A stretch of DNA of 64,000 nt from an uncultured Bacteroidales bacterium (GTDB lineage: Bacteria; Bacteroidota; Bacteroidia; Bacteroidales; UBA7960). The DNA lies in assembly GCA_964491395.1 (NCBI GenBank), contig CAZBGI010000014.1, forward strand, positions 5,714 through 69,713, written 5' to 3'. A program made the translations under genes and the position numbers. The notes beneath the pieces are model-generated. The model had not been told where the DNA came from. It saw nothing but the letters and a program-made list of their open reading frames with translations, and made no database searches. Below are positions 59,389-64,000 of this stretch, in pieces. How positions within the stretch are numbered: position 1 is the stretch's first letter; each line of letters starts with the position of its first letter.

Positions 59389-59412
59389 TGCCTTGATGAA
59401 GCTTTACCGGAA

Positions 59413-60801
59413 TTATCTGATTACTTCACTGATATCCTCTTTGAGCTTTTTGGCCAGGCTTTCTGATTTTACCTCACTGTCGCTTTCGGCATAAATACGA
59501 ATAATGGGTTCTGTATTGGATTTGCGTAAGTGTACCCATTCTTTGTCAAAAAGTATCTTAACACCATCGGTTTTATCAATGGGATATTTGCAGTATTTTT
59601 CCGAAATTTTGTCAAGGATATCACCGAGATCTATTCCGGGTGAGAGTTCAATTTTGTGTTTGCTGATAAAATAATCTGGTAAATCTTTTTTCAGCCCCAC
59701 CACCGTTTTGCCTGATTTGGCCAGTTGGCTCAGAAATAGTGCAATTCCTGTAAGAGCATCGCGTCCGTAATGTATAGGAGGATAGATTACTCCTCCGTTA
59801 CCTTCACCGCCGATAACAGCATTTACTTCTTTCATTTTTTCTACCACGTTGATTTCTCCCACTGCCGACGCATAATGTTCTGCTCCATGTTTGAGGGTTA
59901 CATCCTTCAATGCCTGGGTGGAAGAGAGGTTGCTTACCGTGTTTCCGGGCGTATGTTGCAAAACGTAATCAGCCACCGATACCAGGGTGTATTCTTCCCC
60001 AAACACTTCACCATTGTTACAAACGATGGCCAGCCTGTCTACATCAGGGTCGAGGGCAAACCCAACATTGGCAGAACTTTTGGCCACTTCTTCTGACAAA
60101 ATACTCAGGTTTTCGGGCAGTGGTTCGGGGTTGTGGGGAAATAATCCATTGGGCTCGCAAAAAAGTTCGGTAACTTTTCTTACGCCCAGTGCCTCCAGTA
60201 ATACAGGGATGGCAATACCTCCCACGGAGTTTACTGCATCTATTACCACGTGAAAATCAGCTTTGGCGATGGCATCGGTATCCACCAGATCCAGGGCCAG
60301 AACTTTTTCAATATGCATCTCAATGGCCGATTCTTCCAGGGTATATTTCCCGATTTTCTCAACCGGGGCAAAGGTAAAGTCATTTTTTTGGGCAAAAGCC
60401 ATCATTTCTTCTCCCTGGGCGGTATTAAGGAATTCTCCTTTTTCGTTGAGAAGTTTCAGTGCATTCCAGTTTTTGGGATTATGGCTTGCCGTGATGACAA
60501 TACCACCGTGGCATTTGTATTCCCTTACTCCAATTCCAACCGTAGGGGTGGGTACCATTCCCACGTCCATGATGTCAATGCCCATAAATTGAAGGGTGGA
60601 AACCACCATATTATTTACTACGGGTCCTGAAATGCGTGCATCACGCCCAATAAGCACGGAGAGTCTTTCGCCGGGAAACCGTTCTTGCAACCAACTGCCG
60701 TAAGCTATGCTGTATTTCATAATGTCAACAGGACTAAGGCCTTCACCTGCCTTGCCTCCCAGAGTTCCTCTTATTCCTGAAATAGATGTGATGAGTGTCA
60801 T
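59413..60801 (-). CDS. glmM: Phosphoglucosamine mutase / phosphohexomutase
   Basis: SISGIRG, GRDAR, ITASHNP, DPDVDR, GGEGNGG and RKSNTEP. TATCTTTG box at 60829-36 on the minus strand. Confidence 0.88.
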   Translation of the reverse strand: MTLITSISGIRGTLGGKAGEGLSPVDIMKYSIAYGSWLQERFPGERLSVLIGRDARISGPVVNNMVVSTLQFMGIDIMDVGMVPTPTVGIGVREYKCHGGIVITASHNPKNWNALKLLNEKGEFLNTAQGEEMMAFAQKNDFTFAPVEKIGKYTLEESAIEMHIEKVLALDLVDTDAIAKADFHVVIDAVNSVGGIAIPVLLEALGVRKVTELFCEPNGLFPHNPEPLPENLSILSEEVAKSSANVGFALDPDVDRLAIVCNNGEVFGEEYTLVSVADYVLQHTPGNTVSNLSSTQALKDVTLKHGAEHYASAVGEINVVEKMKEVNAVIGGEGNGGVIYPPIHYGRDALTGIALFLSQLAKSGKTVVGLKKDLPDYFISKHKIELSPGIDLGDILDKISEKYCKYPIDKTDGVKILFDKEWVHLRKSNTEPIIRIYAESDSEVKSESLAKKLKEDISEVIR

Positions 60802-61496
60802 AATATAGATGGTTAAAAATATAGTTTGCAAAGATACTGCTTTCGATGGCCTTTACAATACTAATTTTTTGTTTTGACAAAAAAAACTTCGGTTTTAGCT
60901 TTACAAATGAATATTTTGAATTGGCCGATTGTTTTGTAAGGTTAGAAGATTTAAATTATGACCGTTCAAGAGTATATATAAGGTATTATATTCTCAATGA
61001 ATTTTTTGTGCTAATGAGATTTAAGTGGGATATATTAATTCCTTTAGTACGTATGCCCCTTGTTTAGGTTTTAATAATAGATCTGTTAATTTTCTCAAAA
61101 AGACCATGAAAGAACCACAAGGGTGTATCTTAAAAATATTAACAGTACTTACTAATAATATACATTGAATTTTAGCGTAAATAAATGATTTTTTATTTTC
61201 TTTTAATTAATAAAAATATTACATTAGCAGGGTAAAAAAGCCCTCAAATTAAAAATTCCTCCCTCGTAGCTATTCCAGTGCATTCTGCTGATGCATCTTC
61301 TGATTTGTTTGATTTGCTGTCTTTTGCCATGCTTAAATTCTTCAATTCTCCAACAGGTACAGCCTGAATATTGCTTTTTCCCTCTCGTAATATTTGTAAG
61401 TGACTGACATTGTGCAGCCATTCTTTAGTTATTTCCTTGAAAAACAGGCAATTAAGACAGAATTATTTACACAATTAATTACTAAAAACTAATATT

Positions 61497-64000
61497 ATGG
61501 AAACTAAACCCCGATTAAGTTTCATGCGATTTGCATGGATTGCGGCATTTCTGTCTATGAGCCTGCAAGGAGGATATTCCCAGCAAGTCGATGCAGAGAT
61601 AATTGATCCCGGGCAATTTTTGATGCAATATGAAGGGATTGAGGAAGTAAGACCTCGTTTTTTTGCCTTGCGAAGTGAACTGGGTGGTCGTGAAATTCAG
61701 GTTTTGGACACTCTTAGCCTGGAAGAACGTAACAGTATCGAAGAGACTTTTCAGCCTCCGGCTGTTGGAGTTATAAGAGATTTGAAACCCTCTGTCAGCT
61801 TTTATCTTAACCAGGCCGACCTACCCAAAGAAGGGGAGATGTCCGTTACCGGGGGGCGCCTTACACGCCTCAATAAAGATACCCTGGTCTTTACCTCTTA
61901 TTTTCAATCTTTGAAAGCAGACGAAATCAGGGTGTTTTTTGCCGAAGGTAATTTCCCTGATGGTGTTCAGGTAAATATTTTCAGTGAAAATGATTATGCT
62001 TTCACTGAAACACAGTTGCGGGGTCGGATAGATGAGTATGGTTTTTATACCACCACAACCTTTGCTGATCATCTTACCCTTCAGGTGGTAATACCTTTAA
62101 ATCAACTGGAGGATGACCTGTATTTTGTAATCTCCAGAATCATTCATGTGGATAACCAGTATCTTCCCGAAGAGTTCCGGGATTGTTTTCTGGATGCAAA
62201 TTGTTCAACAGCCAACGGATATACCCATATTGATGGATTGAGACGTTCTACGGGACGACTTTATTTTCCTGTAGGTTCACTGTATTATTTTTGCACGGGC
62301 AACCAAATCAATGATGTTCGCGCCAAAGACTGGCAACCTTTTTTATTGACAGCCAATCATTGTTTCAGCTCTCAAACATCAGCAGCGGGGCTGGAAGCAA
62401 GGTTTTACTATTGGTCTACCAGTTGCAACAGCGGGGTTGTGAATCCTAGTCATATTATCAGAAATGGAGCAAATCTGATTGCCACCAATAGTCAGACCGA
62501 CTTTACACTTGTTCTGATGAAGCAATTCTCAGCCAATTCTTTCCTGGGCTGGAGTGCAAATGCAGTTGCCAACAATACGGTTTTGCATTCTACCCATCAT
62601 CCGGGTGGCACATTATTAAAGTACCAGCGTATGCAGAACAAAACCTCACCCACATTTACCTGTGATGGTTTTAGTACCTCCAACTATCATTATACAAAAA
62701 CCACCCATGGACAGGAAGAAGGAGGGAGTTCAGGTAGTGCTACAGTGGATGCAGACTTGAGAATACGAGGACAATTGTATGGATGGTGTTACCTGCTGAG
62801 TGGTGCAGACCAATGTGATTACGATACGTATCATAATATGTGGGGTCGCTTCGATGTAACCTACAATAATAATAACCTGCAATACTGGCTATATAACGGA
62901 GGTGCAAGCGTGGCCATGACTACCAGTCCGGCCTCCTCTTATAGTTATGGAAATGTGAATGTAGGCTCCTATTCCAACCTGACGGTAACAGTAACCAATA
63001 CCGGCACAAGACCCAACTACATGAATCTGGAGGCTGGTAATGCCAGCCTTTCCGGAACCCATGCCAGCCAGTTTTCCATAATCGGAAGTAATTTCCTTTA
63101 TCTTGCCCCGGGAGAGTCAAGTACTTTTACAGTTAGGTTTACGCCTTCTTCTACGGGGACAAAAACCGCCACCCTTACCATTCCCCATAATGCTGATAAT
63201 ATCACCAGCCCCAGGACAATAAGCCTTACCGGAACCGGCGCATCTGCGCCCAATCCCTGTGCAAATATCATTTCCCTGGGTAGTGGCGGCAGTGGCAATG
63301 CCAAAACCTACTCAAAATCAGGAACAGGCGTCTGGAATGTGAATGCCTGCGGATATACTACCAGCGGGCAGGAGCAGGTATATAGTTTTGTGGCTCCATA
63401 TACCGGTAATTATAGTATCCAGGTAACTTCCACCAACAACACATGGGTGGACTATTTCTGGAAAACCGGCACATGTGGTTCTACGGGATGGAATTGTATT
63501 GATGATGTTTACTCTGCGAATACCTATGGAAATATTAGTATGACTGCTGGAACAACCTATTATATCCTGTTGGATGCAGAATCTACCGGTACTTCCACTC
63601 ATACTTTTTATATTTTCCGCAATCCCTGCCTTAATATTTTGTCGATGGGTGCCGGAGGTTCTGCCAATACAATGACGTATTCGCGCTCAGGCTATGGGGG
63701 TTGGAAAAGTGATGCCTGTGGATACGACTGCTACGGGAGGGAGCAGATCTACAGCTTTGTGGCCCCTTATACTGGTAATTACAGCATCCAGGTCACTGCA
63801 ACCAATGAAGCATGGGTAGATTACTTTTTGAAAACGGGAAGCTGCAATGCTGATAGTTGGACTTGCATAAGTGATGTTTACTCTCAGGGAGTTTATGGTG
63901 ACATGAGCCTGACGGCAGGTACAACCTATTATATCCTGGTTGATGCAGAAAGCACAGAGTGGGTAACCCAAAGCTTTTTCATATTCTTCAATCCCTGCCT
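61497..64000 (+). CDS. Secreted trypsin-like (lysyl endopeptidase-related) serine protease with an Ig-like (choice-of-anchor D) domain and 123-aa repeats; runs off the right edge
   Basis: Not in the ORF track because it has no stop in the window. From ATG 61497 it reads a signal peptide, a prodomain, CTG..IN, LLTANHC (His codon 62358), TDFTL, HHPGG, EGGSSGS, RGQLYG and WGRF, then VTVTNTG..LAPGES..VRFTP..TLTI..LTGTG. Confidence 0.88.
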   Translation, partial: METKPRLSFMRFAWIAAFLSMSLQGGYSQQVDAEIIDPGQFLMQYEGIEEVRPRFFALRSELGGREIQVLDTLSLEERNSIEETFQPPAVGVIRDLKPSVSFYLNQADLPKEGEMSVTGGRLTRLNKDTLVFTSYFQSLKADEIRVFFAEGNFPDGVQVNIFSENDYAFTETQLRGRIDEYGFYTTTTFADHLTLQVVIPLNQLEDDLYFVISRIIHVDNQYLPEEFRDCFLDANCSTANGYTHIDGLRRSTGRLYFPVGSLYYFCTGNQINDVRAKDWQPFLLTANHCFSSQTSAAGLEARFYYWSTSCNSGVVNPSHIIRNGANLIATNSQTDFTLVLMKQFSANSFLGWSANAVANNTVLHSTHHPGGTLLKYQRMQNKTSPTFTCDGFSTSNYHYTKTTHGQEEGGSSGSATVDADLRIRGQLYGWCYLLSGADQCDYDTYHNMWGRFDVTYNNNNLQYWLYNGGASVAMTTSPASSYSYGNVNVGSYSNLTVTVTNTGTRPNYMNLEAGNASLSGTHASQFSIIGSNFLYLAPGESSTFTVRFTPSSTGTKTATLTIPHNADNITSPRTISLTGTGASAPNPCANIISLGSGGSGNAKTYSKSGTGVWNVNACGYTTSGQEQVYSFVAPYTGNYSIQVTSTNNTWVDYFWKTGTCGSTGWNCIDDVYSANTYGNISMTAGTTYYILLDAESTGTSTHTFYIFRNPCLNILSMGAGGSANTMTYSRSGYGGWKSDACGYDCYGREQIYSFVAPYTGNYSIQVTATNEAWVDYFLKTGSCNADSWTCISDVYSQGVYGDMSLTAGTTYYILVDAESTEWVTQSFFIFFNPC
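63252..64000 (+). repeat. 369-nt tandem coding repeats in the protease (two full copies and the start of a third)
   Basis: AATCCCTG (NPC) at 63252, 63621 and 63990. The copies share YSFVAPYTGNYSIQVT, WVDYF.KTG.C and TAGTTYYIL.DAEST. Confidence 0.85.

Noticed and set aside
60846-61496. AT-rich 650-nt gap considered as oriC or an ncRNA, plus the short ORFs 60846-61067 and 61224-61421
   Set aside because: I found no DnaA-box cluster or recognisable RNA motif. It is best explained as a divergent promoter region, and the ORFs lack protein-like features.

Overview
This is a 64-kb chromosomal segment of a Bacteroidota bacterium, probably Bacteroidales. Support comes from TAnnTTTG promoters, type IX secretion system (T9SS) cargo proteins and gldF/gldG. 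Its surface proteins are strongly acidic. The window holds amino-acid and peptide catabolism genes (kynU, split LKR and SDH saccharopine-pathway genes, a long KamA-like radical SAM enzyme, OPT, pepT, and a Lys-C-like secreted protease running off the right end). It also holds a 4290-aa SprB-like adhesin with a type-B CTD and its PorE-like and PorP/SprF partners, housekeeping genes (purC, phoH, dnaN, ABC-F, csp, pckA, glmM) and a photolyase cluster. No rRNA, tRNA, CRISPR array or mobile element was seen. The best candidate for a new system lies at 43.3-55.9 kb. It is an ECF sigma/FecR cassette whose outer-membrane partner is an STN domain fused to a small beta-barrel rather than a TonB-dependent transporter. 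Two T9SS cargo genes accompany it, and an exact TAAGGGT-N14-CTGTC motif lies upstream of the sigma gene, of fecR and of the convergently oriented 1969-aa cargo gene. Other oddities are a ~210-aa C-terminal extension on PEP carboxykinase, a frameshifted DUF2256 remnant, and domain-in-domain insertions in the giant adhesin. All family assignments come from motif recognition by eye, not from database searches.
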